Position numbers and translations under genes: made by a program. Positions 40,413-48,603 of a stretch of 64,000 bases of DNA are shown piece after piece; the first letter of the stretch is position 1; each line of letters starts with the position of its first letter. The stretch is from a virus (taxonomy: Duplodnaviria; Caudoviricetes), in IMG/VR virus record IMGVR_UViG_2030936005_000025, positions 160,001 through 224,000 of that record, one strand, 5' to 3'. The notes under the pieces are model-generated. The model saw nothing but the letters and a program-made list of their open reading frames with translations. It was not told the DNA's origin and did not search any database.

Positions 40413-40895
40413 ATGGATTCTATTGGGATGTTACTGTTGGCATTAATTGCAGGTGTCGGTATTGGTTCTGCGATCACTATTTTGATTCAAAAGCGTCGCG
40501 ACGCTGGAACGGTTGGTACCAATCCAGAACTGCACGCGTATATCACTTCTGCCGAGGCTAAACTTCAGGCTCAAGTTGATGAGCTTAAAACAAAACTCCT
40601 ACCTGCCGATACACAAGAGAAACTCAAAGGTATTGGCGATGGGTTACTGTCAACGATCAAAGATAAACTGCTTGACGATCTCTCTGGTTTGAGACTCAAT
40701 GGCGAATCACATCTTCAGCAAATCGAAGATATCGTGAAACGCATTGAAGGTCTGACTGAAGCTGAACTCGTCAAACTGCATCTGGAAAAAGAAACACCGC
40801 CCGCTGATCCAGTGTTGGCTGTCTCTCCTTCCGATCCACAGACAGTAGTCTCTTCTGAACCAGCGATTCCTGCTGATCAGAATAAAGTCGTTTAA
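40413..40895 (+). CDS. membrane-anchored coiled-coil protein
   Basis: N-terminal TM, helical body, P-rich tail. Confidence 0.75.
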   Translation: MDSIGMLLLALIAGVGIGSAITILIQKRRDAGTVGTNPELHAYITSAEAKLQAQVDELKTKLLPADTQEKLKGIGDGLLSTIKDKLLDDLSGLRLNGESHLQQIEDIVKRIEGLTEAELVKLHLEKETPPADPVLAVSPSDPQTVVSSEPAIPADQNKVV

Positions 40896-40901
40896 GTATT
40901 T

Positions 40902-40977
40902 GCTTCCATAGTTCAGTCGGCAGAACGGTCGCCTGTTAAGCGATATGTCGCAGGTTCGAGTCCTGCTGGAAGCGCCA
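40902..40977 (+). tRNA. tRNA-Asn(GTT)
   Basis: Acceptor GCTTCCA/TGGAAGC, anticodon loop CTGTTAA, T-loop TTCGAGT, encoded CCA. Confidence 0.93.
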
Positions 40978-41003
40978 ATTTACATTCACATCTGCCAGTT
41001 ACT

Positions 41004-41107
41004 GCGGTCGTGTCTTCAGAGGCACCGTAAATGTATGATAGTGGATGATTAGTTTCTACCACTGGATATCTTTACAATAGTTAGGTTAAATCCCTAAGGC
41101 CGCGCCA
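41004..41107 (+). ncRNA. tRNA-like RNA 1 with extended anticodon arm
   Basis: GCGGTC/GGCCGC acceptor plus G-CCA; T arm TTAGG-TTAAATC-CCTAA; D-like stem GTGTC/GGCAC; ~49-nt central arm. Confidence 0.6.
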
Positions 41108-41116
41108 GATTTATAT

Positions 41117-41250
41117 GAGGGTCGTGTCGTGGGACACAAGTTCAGTTATGCTCTAGCGATCTAAGATCGTGAACCCGTTAGCGGTGAAGATAGACAACTC
41201 TACTTCAACTGTACTGAATGATAAGCCGAGTTCGACTCTCGGGATCCTCT
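41117..41250 (+). ncRNA. tRNA-like RNA 2 with branched insertion in place of the anticodon loop
   Basis: GAGGGTC/GATCCTC acceptor; T arm CCGAG-TTCGACT-CTCGG; D-like stem GTGTC/GACAC; GTTCAGT/ACTGAAT encloses 66 nt; no encoded CCA. Confidence 0.65.
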
Positions 41251-41323
41251 ATCAACTTCATAATGTCATGAAGATCCGTACCTACCGTTTTGGTTTTTGG
41301 TACCCAATCCATGAGGAAGTAAT

Positions 41324-41647
41324 ATGTCAAATTTAGAAAAAGAGTTAGAATCAAGATATTTCGCTCGCATTCCAGATGTTGGTGAGAGAACTAACAATGA
41401 TCCAGCTTATTTGATGTCAAGTAATGATGTCCTTAAACTGATCAAAGCTATGTACCAGGATGGTTGTGACGCATCTGGCGACAGTCTTGAACCTGAACGT
41501 TTTAAACACCCCATCATTCTGGATCGATCATCGGGTAAAGAAGTTATCACCAGTTATATGGTCCAGGGGATTATCAAAGAAGCCACCGTAAATCACGGAT
41601 GGTCTGATGTTAAGCTTTATGGTAAACAGCTTCTGTTTATTAAGTAA
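41324..41647 (+). CDS. hypothetical protein
   Basis: ORF with a GAGGA RBS, followed by a terminator-like hairpin. Confidence 0.75.
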   Translation: MSNLEKELESRYFARIPDVGERTNNDPAYLMSSNDVLKLIKAMYQDGCDASGDSLEPERFKHPIILDRSSGKEVITSYMVQGIIKEATVNHGWSDVKLYGKQLLFIK

Positions 41648-41709
41648 AATTAAATGAAGAGAGAAGGGGTCGGTTGATCCTTTCTCTTTTTGTTTGTCTG
41701 GAGATATTT

Positions 41710-41820
41710 ATGAGTATCTTAAAGAAGCTCCATAATTGGTTTTATAAAGACATGGTTTATTCTGTTTCTGCCGATGCTTGGTTTTACCAAGAAGGCGCAA
41801 CAGGTGAATGGGTGGATTAA
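41710..41820 (+). CDS. small hypothetical protein (36 aa, absent from the ORF track)
   Basis: MSILKKLHNWFYKDMVYSVSADAWFYQEGATGEWVD, GGAG RBS, abuts the next gene. Confidence 0.55.
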   Translation: MSILKKLHNWFYKDMVYSVSADAWFYQEGATGEWVD

Positions 41821-42060
41821 ATGAAAGATCAGATACCTGAAGGTTTTGTTCCAGATAACTTTAAGTTCATCAGTAACCAACCTCATTTAACAGTCAGTGG
41901 TTTTACTATGGTTAATCCCTTGGCCACCAAACTGTTAGTTGAAGTAGAGCGTCAATTAAAATCACCGCGCAATGCGATGCAAAAGAAAACAAGATCACCT
42001 TTAGATGTTCCTTCTTCTGGAATGTTCTATTGGTCACCTCTCAATTCAGTAGGAAAGTAA
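41821..42060 (+). CDS. hypothetical protein
   Basis: ORF abutting both neighbours. Confidence 0.65.
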   Translation: MKDQIPEGFVPDNFKFISNQPHLTVSGFTMVNPLATKLLVEVERQLKSPRNAMQKKTRSPLDVPSSGMFYWSPLNSVGK

Positions 42061-42315
42061 ATGAAAGTTGTGATTTACGGAAAACCTGCGTGCGTGTTCT
42101 GTACTCGTGCGAAGGACTTAGTTAAGGCCAAAGGAATCGATCATGAGTATGTCGATATCATCGAAACCGGCATGGGTCGTGAAGGCCTGGAAGAAATTGT
42201 GGGAGGTCCTGTTACGACCGTTCCTCAAATCTTTGTCGATAATGTTCATATTGGTGGTTATACTGATCTGGTATCTCACCTTGTCAAGTCTGACGAATCC
42301 GAAGTAAAGGTGTAA
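42061..42315 (+). CDS. glutaredoxin
   Basis: CVFC active site, TVPQIF, IGGY. Confidence 0.92.
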   Translation: MKVVIYGKPACVFCTRAKDLVKAKGIDHEYVDIIETGMGREGLEEIVGGPVTTVPQIFVDNVHIGGYTDLVSHLVKSDESEVKV

Positions 42316-42317
42316 TT

Positions 42318-42455
42318 ATGGATTTTGATTTGGATGATCTGAACCTTGAAGGTTTGGATGAAGCTGAAGCTCGTAACAATGAGCGCCAGGAAGCGGCTGA
42401 TAAAGCTGCGGCAGCGGTTGGCGATGAAGCTGACTGCGAAGGTTGTAAAATCTAA
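42318..42455 (+). CDS. 45-aa acidic peptide ending DCEGCKI (NrdA C-tail-like; absent from the ORF track)
   Basis: MDFDLDDLNLEGLDEAEARNNERQEAADKAAAAVGDEADCEGCKI, starting 2 nt after the glutaredoxin stop. Confidence 0.75.
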   Translation: MDFDLDDLNLEGLDEAEARNNERQEAADKAAAAVGDEADCEGCKI

Positions 42456-42481
42456 TTTTGATAAGGCGATAAGTTTTGACC

Positions 42482-42619
42482 ATGAAAAAGAAAAAGACTT
42501 CTTTGAAAGAAAAGATCCGTCGCCAGAATCAGAATGCTGAGAAGACCTTATACCTCGATGGCGCTGGTGATACTTTCACGATGACCAAAACCAAAGACGG
42601 CTATAAGTTAAACGTGTAG
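42482..42619 (+). CDS. small basic protein (45 aa, absent from the ORF track)
   Basis: MKKKKTSLKEKIRRQNQNAEKTLYLDGAGDTFTMTKTKDGYKLNV. Confidence 0.55.
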   Translation: MKKKKTSLKEKIRRQNQNAEKTLYLDGAGDTFTMTKTKDGYKLNV

Positions 42620-42681
42620 GGTAGCAATACCCTACTCCTATATTTCATCTCCAACCACTACTATGACCGAGAGAGAAGAAT

Positions 42682-43290
42682 ATGAAACTTAAGTTGATTA
42701 CTGTTGATAAACGTACCTACGCAATTAAGACTCGATATATCGAGCTGAATAGTGATGCCAGTGTGCATTACCGCTCCCCTATCACTGGAAAATTCCCAAC
42801 AGGGGATGACGATACAATTACTGATGTGCTCAGGTCAGCTCCACCTACTGCCGTTGCTGTTGTGTATTCTTGTAACAGAGAACCAATCTATATTGAAAAG
42901 CATGACGGTGCGTATGTTATCTCTGAAGCTAAGACCATTGAGATTGTCAATCAGCCAGTGGACTTCGATGATGTTGATTTCTGGGTTAACACCAAAGGCG
43001 AGGAAGAGTGGAAAAAGGTTGGACTAGGATATTACATTGAGTATTCTAGAGTACACCTGAATGACAGTTACCAGGTCGCTCAAAAGGATTTCAATTTAAA
43101 TGAAAAAATGCAAGGGATAGTCCACCTGCCAAACGGTCAACTTGGTAAAGCAGTAAGATGGTATCTCAATGGATCGAGGACTTGGCTTAGAGTCACTGAG
43201 GGGATGAGTGAGGATATTCTTTCTAAACTGACCGTGATCACTATCCTTGATGGAAAAAATCCTAATGACCCAGGGTATAAACTTCCATAA
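42682..43290 (+). CDS. hypothetical protein
   Basis: 202-aa ORF. Confidence 0.75.
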   Translation: MKLKLITVDKRTYAIKTRYIELNSDASVHYRSPITGKFPTGDDDTITDVLRSAPPTAVAVVYSCNREPIYIEKHDGAYVISEAKTIEIVNQPVDFDDVDFWVNTKGEEEWKKVGLGYYIEYSRVHLNDSYQVAQKDFNLNEKMQGIVHLPNGQLGKAVRWYLNGSRTWLRVTEGMSEDILSKLTVITILDGKNPNDPGYKLP

Positions 43291-43299
43291 GTATATTAT
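43283..43299 (+). promoter_or_regulatory. putative promoter of the large ncRNA
   Basis: TCCATAAGTATATTAT has the same spacing as TTCAGACCTATATTAC. Confidence 0.45.
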
Positions 43300-43309
43300 G
43301 TAATTCAAT

Positions 43310-44157
43310 CGAGTGTAACTGATCGCTGTTCTGCGGAATAGTATGGTTTCATCACCCCGTTATATTCGACTGTAAGACCCTCGTTATCCAGGTGTGGGTA
43401 CATAACGAGGGCAGTGTCCGGTGGGTTGCACTACCGGACTAAATCCAAGAGTGAACGGCGGCTTAAGCCCGCTACTGTAAGTAGCTCTTGGTTGGGTGAT
43501 ATTATGTACTTTCACTGCATAATGTCCTCTGGCGGTGGTTGGACTTTTGGCGTTCTTCGCCATTGTCTGACAGATCACCGCACCCCTTTGTACCAGTGGC
43601 TGATATCCAAGTAGAGCTTTAATTATACCTGACGGATAGCGCTCACAGTGTTTCAACCATTGGTACATCCTCTTGAGGATCTTGAACGAAAACCGTAGGG
43701 TAACCGCCGAGCACATTGCGTTGCATTCAAGGCGGCTTAAGCAGGGGACTAGGTAGTCTTCCTGGGTGATATCAAGATCCTCAAACCTACTACTCTCCGT
43801 GATATGGAGTAGACACCCCGTGGTGGGGGCATCGTAACCATCTGATGAGTCCGCGATGAGAAATAAAGAGACGAAACGGGTTCTGTCGTTCGGAGACTCC
43901 AACTCCTGACAGATCCGTCATGAATCGCTCTGCCTTAACTGTGAGGAGCAGCCTCAATCTACGATTCTAGAGGAACAGCAGCGTTACTGAAAGATCCACG
44001 GCAAATGGATCGAAGCAGATAACAAACAGTCCGCTCCCTTTGCCAGGGGAGAAGTTGTTAAAACCAAGAGGTGTAGACAGCCTTTAGATCACCGTGGTAG
44101 TAAAATGGGGTTGCTCCCAGAGTAGCTATCAGAAAGTGGTCTTTAGAGTGGCTATAC
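43310..44157 (+). ncRNA. large (~850 nt) structured RNA containing a hammerhead ribozyme
   Basis: No credible ORF; many nested helices (43378-87/43402-11, 43590-99/43657-66, 43674-85/43772-83, 43325-31/43973-79); G-U pairs favour the plus strand. Confidence 0.72.
43827..43935 (+). ncRNA. type I hammerhead ribozyme
   Basis: CTGATGA 43842-48, stem II GTC/GAC, GAAA 43873-76, long stem III, GTC triplet 43917-19, stem I CAT/ATG extended by GGCA/TGCC. Confidence 0.8.
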
Positions 44158-44180
44158 AAAAAAAAATAACAGATCGAGAT

Positions 44181-44208
44181 CCTCTACTCTCCTAACGGAG
44201 AGTAGAGG
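44181..44208. terminator. bidirectional terminator
   Basis: cctctactctcc-taac-ggagagtagagg between convergent units. Confidence 0.8.
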
Positions 44209-44214
44209 TAATCT

Positions 44215-44640
44215 TTATGCTGTCAAATAAAGTTCAGCCCAGATTTTAAATAAACGTTTCATGTCATTTGCGATCAATCCTAATGCCCGTGTATTTTTCA
44301 AGTTACCGGCATACAACCAAAGTTCACACTCAGGTTCACCTACGATCACAATGTCATTGAAATACATGACCAGAGATTTGGATGAGGTAGCAATGAGATC
44401 TTTGCGATTAACTGCAAAGCAGAATTCATTGGATTCAAGAATCACATTGTAGAAATAAGTGAACAGAGCTGCATCAAAACTGTCTGGTTCTAATTCATAA
44501 GTCTCAGCTAACTTAATGCTCTCCTCTTCATTAATAGCTAATTTAGTCAGAGAGTCGTTACCGGTGATAGCAGACAGGTTGCGTTTGAAGATGGTTTCCA
44601 TGATAGCTTTCCTTAATAAGTTAAGAACATTATTGTTCAT
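44215..44640 (-). CDS. hypothetical protein
   Basis: ORF directly after the promoter at 44650. Confidence 0.7.
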   Translation of the reverse strand: MNNNVLNLLRKAIMETIFKRNLSAITGNDSLTKLAINEEESIKLAETYELEPDSFDAALFTYFYNVILESNEFCFAVNRKDLIATSSKSLVMYFNDIVIVGEPECELWLYAGNLKNTRALGLIANDMKRLFKIWAELYLTA

Positions 44641-44649
44641 ATTACTTAA

Positions 44650-44666
44650 ATGATATAGGGCTGAAA
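44650..44666 (-). promoter_or_regulatory. early-type promoter
   Basis: Minus strand TTTCAGCCCTATATCAT. Confidence 0.6.
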
Positions 44667-44789
44667 TCGAATGCAGCTAACACCTGACCTGTTTGATCAT
44701 ATGAGCTCGTTCCATATATGTCCTAGGATGGATAGTATATGAAACATCTTATTAGTTATAATAAGACTATTTCGAAATAGAGGTAACAT

Positions 44790-45644
44790 ATGAGTTTAAG
44801 CAACCCGGTCGATTTTGCTATCGACTATGTGATAAACGGTCCGACCGATATCACGGAATATTTGTTAAAGCTTGCATTCTATAATCCGAACAACGGGTAC
44901 AATGCAATCTGGGGTCCGATGAATGACTCGTTTAGTATCGAGCAAGGTATCCGTGAGAAAGTTGTGAATAAGATGGTCGCTCCTCTACTTAAAGTAGCTG
45001 GCGGTCAAACTGAGATCATTGATCTTTCTGGTGCTCAAATTGAGAACCTGGCGGGTGGTGTTATCTGGGTCAGTGTTCCTGACTTCTTAACCGGTGGCCG
45101 TCGTATTCTGGAAGTCATAGAAGTGTATCCAGGAAACATTAACCGAGCGATTGCTAATGGTTATAACTTTGGTAACTACGCTAACTGTGGTGCCAGTATG
45201 ATGAACAACTCACTGAACCGTTTAATCAGTGGTCTGGATGACGGTAACGTCACCCGTTCATTCAACAGCTTCACCATGGTGGGTCCAAACTCCTTTATCA
45301 TTCGTGATGCAGGTTCAGCCATGTTTAATATGATCGCCAAAGTAATCTTGTCTTATGACGAGAACTTTAGCGGTGTTCCTGTTAAGATGTTTGATAAGTT
45401 TGCTGAACTCGTTGAGTTAGGCACTAAAGCCTACATCTATAAAACGTGTCGCCGTGGTATGCAGGAAGCTGTATCACGTTTCGGTGTAACAGTCGATGAC
45501 GTTCAGGATGATATTCAAGGTTATGCCGATGCTGCTCAGCAATTCAAAGACTTCTATAATGACCGAATGAAGAAGTATATGGCCTACGCTGATGCTAAAG
45601 GTAAGACTGACACTCTTAAAATGATTGTTCCAAGGAAACGATAA
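44790..45644 (+). CDS. conserved hypothetical protein, possibly virion-associated
   Basis: 284 aa with a GAGG RBS. Confidence 0.6.
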   Translation: MSLSNPVDFAIDYVINGPTDITEYLLKLAFYNPNNGYNAIWGPMNDSFSIEQGIREKVVNKMVAPLLKVAGGQTEIIDLSGAQIENLAGGVIWVSVPDFLTGGRRILEVIEVYPGNINRAIANGYNFGNYANCGASMMNNSLNRLISGLDDGNVTRSFNSFTMVGPNSFIIRDAGSAMFNMIAKVILSYDENFSGVPVKMFDKFAELVELGTKAYIYKTCRRGMQEAVSRFGVTVDDVQDDIQGYADAAQQFKDFYNDRMKKYMAYADAKGKTDTLKMIVPRKR

Positions 45645-47116
45645 TGTCTGCATTTCCAAAAGAACCCTCGTTGCTGTCGAGCAACATATATACTGGTCTC
45701 CATCTCGCTGATCAAGAAGAACACGCCCTTTCTGATCAAGAGCTTCGTGAGCTTATTAATGGATTCGAATCCCGCTCTGAACCCCACACGTTATTTGGTC
45801 CGGTATTAAAAGCCAACCTTTATGGCGGCTTGGAATCCTACCTGAATAATAACGAATACGTTGCCGGGATGGAAGCCCTATCCCCTAACTTTAACTACAA
45901 TCGTGATGACGCAGTTAAAGATGTATTCGATGGGTTAGTGGACGATCTCGTTATTAACCAACGTTGGGTATCTACCTTACGTCGTTATGTCTATGGTTTT
46001 GCGACCAAGGACAATGATCACACTGAGTTCTTTGGTTCTCCTTATTTAGGGACACACCGTGTCCTGTTTAAGACCTCAGACCGTGTAACCTTCTTCCGTG
46101 ATATCATTGATGTGGATGAAGTGCGTTTGCGTGATGAGTTGATCAAAACCAAATGGATCAACAAAGACTTCAAAGTGTCATCAGAAGCTTTCAACTTGTC
46201 GATCATTTATTTGATGTACCGCACCTACAATTCCGATCTGCCAAAGAACGTGAAAGAAGATGCACTGATCAACCTGGTGATGTTGTTCCACTACCGTATC
46301 ATGACCTCGATCATGAACCACTATTTTGGTTATCTGGTTAAACCGAGCGTGGCTATTACGGCGTATAACAAGCTCTCCTTGAAGTTCGATATCAAGAAGT
46401 ACGGTTCATGGACTGATCTGTTTAAAGCCCGTGGTGAGTTTATCATTGATCCTCGTACCGGTATTCACTTTGATGCTTTCACAAAGATGGATAATGACAA
46501 GAAGATCGTTTACATGGTGAACGACATGGAGTCTCGTCTTAAAGGTGTGGTGAATGATTACACCAAAGTCCTGTATGAGATCAAAGACTCAGCAGACTTA
46601 GTTGAGACAGATTCTGGCTTGGCAGTCATGGAAGGTGAACTGAATATCAAAGATGTTCAGAAGCGAGAAACCAAATATAAGAATTATATCGCCAACGTCT
46701 TAATGGACTCGAATAGTTTTTATAAACAGGAACTCGCAACTTATGCTGCTAAAGCAATTCCCCGTACTGACGAAGATAAACTGGAAATGATTCTCCGGGA
46801 CTTCCCAAGTCAGTATGCCCACGCTAAAGGTGAGAAGTATCGGGAGTTTGTTGACGACTGCACAACCCACTTGTTCGAATATATCGCAACCAATGCGATT
46901 CGACATCAAGACCTGAAGAACGTGTTCTTTAAGTTACGTGGTGCTTACACCTCAAACAAATCTTCCAATGCGCTACTCCTGAAGCTCAGAACCAACGGTG
47001 ACGAGCTTGTTAAAGCCATGACCGGTATTAAGACGGAAATCAAAATAACGTCTCTACGTACCAGCCTGATGCTTTACATCGTTCTCCGTACTCTTGTTAT
47101 GGAGTCAATGACCTAA
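45644..47116 (+). CDS. conserved hypothetical protein
   Basis: 490 aa, coupled by TAATG. Confidence 0.7.
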   Translation: MSAFPKEPSLLSSNIYTGLHLADQEEHALSDQELRELINGFESRSEPHTLFGPVLKANLYGGLESYLNNNEYVAGMEALSPNFNYNRDDAVKDVFDGLVDDLVINQRWVSTLRRYVYGFATKDNDHTEFFGSPYLGTHRVLFKTSDRVTFFRDIIDVDEVRLRDELIKTKWINKDFKVSSEAFNLSIIYLMYRTYNSDLPKNVKEDALINLVMLFHYRIMTSIMNHYFGYLVKPSVAITAYNKLSLKFDIKKYGSWTDLFKARGEFIIDPRTGIHFDAFTKMDNDKKIVYMVNDMESRLKGVVNDYTKVLYEIKDSADLVETDSGLAVMEGELNIKDVQKRETKYKNYIANVLMDSNSFYKQELATYAAKAIPRTDEDKLEMILRDFPSQYAHAKGEKYREFVDDCTTHLFEYIATNAIRHQDLKNVFFKLRGAYTSNKSSNALLLKLRTNGDELVKAMTGIKTEIKITSLRTSLMLYIVLRTLVMESMT

Positions 47117-47117
47117 C

Positions 47118-47741
47118 ATGCCATACATTGTGTTTGAAGGACCAGACTTTGCCGGTAAATCAACGTTAACCAAAAAGGTTGCTGACCGTCTGGGCTATCG
47201 CTTGGTTGCTGAACCCTTTACTGAATCGGATAACGCCAAAGAAGTAAAGAAAGCAATCATCAACAATACTTTCAATAAAGAAACAGAAATCTTCTTATTG
47301 GCAGCTAATCGCCTGGAAGCTTTCCGTGATGTCATCACACCTGCTCGTCACGCTACAGGTGTTATCGGTGATCGTTCAGTTGTCAGTACGATGGTGTATC
47401 AGTCTGAAAGAAACGGAACCTGGCGTCAGTTACCCATTCTTGATTTCATGCAGAAAACCCTGCAACAAGAGTGGCACGATATCTACCCTGAACATCTGTT
47501 CTTCCTGGATATCGATCATGACACGTATCTGGAGCGCTTAGCCAATTCGGGTCGTGTGGCTGATGAGAAAGAAAAGGCATTGATGGATCCAGAAAACTGG
47601 ATGCGTCTTAAGGAAGATTATCTTTCTGCTCTTGAGTGGATCTCTTTCCGTAAACCGGAAATCAAGATTCATTTCATCACACCAGAGACCACGGTTGAAG
47701 AGATTGTTTCATTGATCGATCCAACGGTTGCTGTGATCTAA
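47118..47741 (+). CDS. tmk: thymidylate (dTMP) kinase
   Basis: P-loop FEGPDFAGKST, DR motif, STMVYQ. Confidence 0.9.
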   Translation: MPYIVFEGPDFAGKSTLTKKVADRLGYRLVAEPFTESDNAKEVKKAIINNTFNKETEIFLLAANRLEAFRDVITPARHATGVIGDRSVVSTMVYQSERNGTWRQLPILDFMQKTLQQEWHDIYPEHLFFLDIDHDTYLERLANSGRVADEKEKALMDPENWMRLKEDYLSALEWISFRKPEIKIHFITPETTVEEIVSLIDPTVAVI

Positions 47742-47762
47742 AAAAAAATAAATGATTAAGAC

Positions 47763-47790
47763 CCTCTACTCTCCGTTAGGAGAGTAGAGG
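47763..47790. terminator. bidirectional terminator
   Basis: cctctactctcc-gtta-ggagagtagagg. Confidence 0.8.
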
Positions 47791-47796
47791 CGATCT

Positions 47797-48141
47797 TTAT
47801 TTGCTCATGCGTGTTGCAATCATGCCGTTTTCAAACAGCGTCCCAACAAACAGCTCACCTTTTTCAAAAAAGTTATAAAGGTTATCTTTGGTGATGGGAA
47901 GTTTGGTATTAACCAAGTTAATAGTTGTGTAGAACCCACAACTGTTTTCAAAGTAGTTAAAGCGGACTTTGATCAACTGATCAAAAGCCATACCTGAGAT
48001 CCAAGCAGAACCGTTCAAATAACCCACGGTAAGGATCAGGTCTTTATCGGTAATTTTACGGCTTGCGATATAGTTATCAGTATCCAGCCGTGATTCAGGT
48101 TTGACAATAAATTCAAGAAACTTTTTCAGTTCAGCATTCAT
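47797..48141 (-). CDS. hypothetical protein
   Basis: 114-aa ORF. Confidence 0.7.
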   Translation of the reverse strand: MNAELKKFLEFIVKPESRLDTDNYIASRKITDKDLILTVGYLNGSAWISGMAFDQLIKVRFNYFENSCGFYTTINLVNTKLPITKDNLYNFFEKGELFVGTLFENGMIATRMSK

Positions 48142-48177
48142 AAATATTTTCTCTAAGGTTAAAATGGTTTAAATGGA

Positions 48178-48603
48178 TTAGTGAATACGCATTGCTTCTG
48201 GTTTGGTGAGGTACTGAATGATATCTTCAAACTCTGGAGAGAAGATAACCGCATTAGCCAGTAAACCAGTATGGTTCAAACGACGACGGATTAAACCAGA
48301 CATTGACTCGTCACCATCGTGACGGTATGCATGAACAAATGCTTCAGCGATCAAAGGAAGATCGGTTTCGCGAGTATTACGTTTGACAATGAAGTCAGCT
48401 TTGTCATACACAGCAATTGCAACGAAGGCAACTGCCATTTCAAAAGTACCGGCTTCGAAAGTAATACCTTTAACAACCTTCTGGAAATTCTCAACGTCTT
48501 TGTCAGACAGTTCCAGAGCGTTATGACCGGTTAATGTACGCAGTGAACTTTGGAGATGTGCTTTCATTATTTCTTTTACCTTAATTAGCAGAGTTTTTCT
48601 CAA
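48178..48603 (-). CDS. hypothetical protein (start probably MKAHLQ)
   Basis: ORF. Confidence 0.65.
   Translation of the reverse strand: MRKTLLIKVKEIMKAHLQSSLRTLTGHNALELSDKDVENFQKVVKGITFEAGTFEMAVAFVAIAVYDKADFIVKRNTRETDLPLIAEAFVHAYRHDGDESMSGLIRRRLNHTGLLANAVIFSPEFEDIIQYLTKPEAMRIH

Noticed and set aside
42346-42540. 64-aa ORF in the track
   Set aside because: An alternative frame across two better-supported ORFs (42318-42455 and 42482-42619)
43384-43902. 172-aa minus-strand ORF
   Set aside because: Composition is atypical for this genome and it lies antisense to the structured RNA and hammerhead; plus-strand G-U pairs explain the region better
43890-44035. Group I intron R/S-like words (GAGACT...CAGTCC) or group II domain V
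   Set aside because: Only a 4-bp P7-like match, no flanking exons and no domain V pattern
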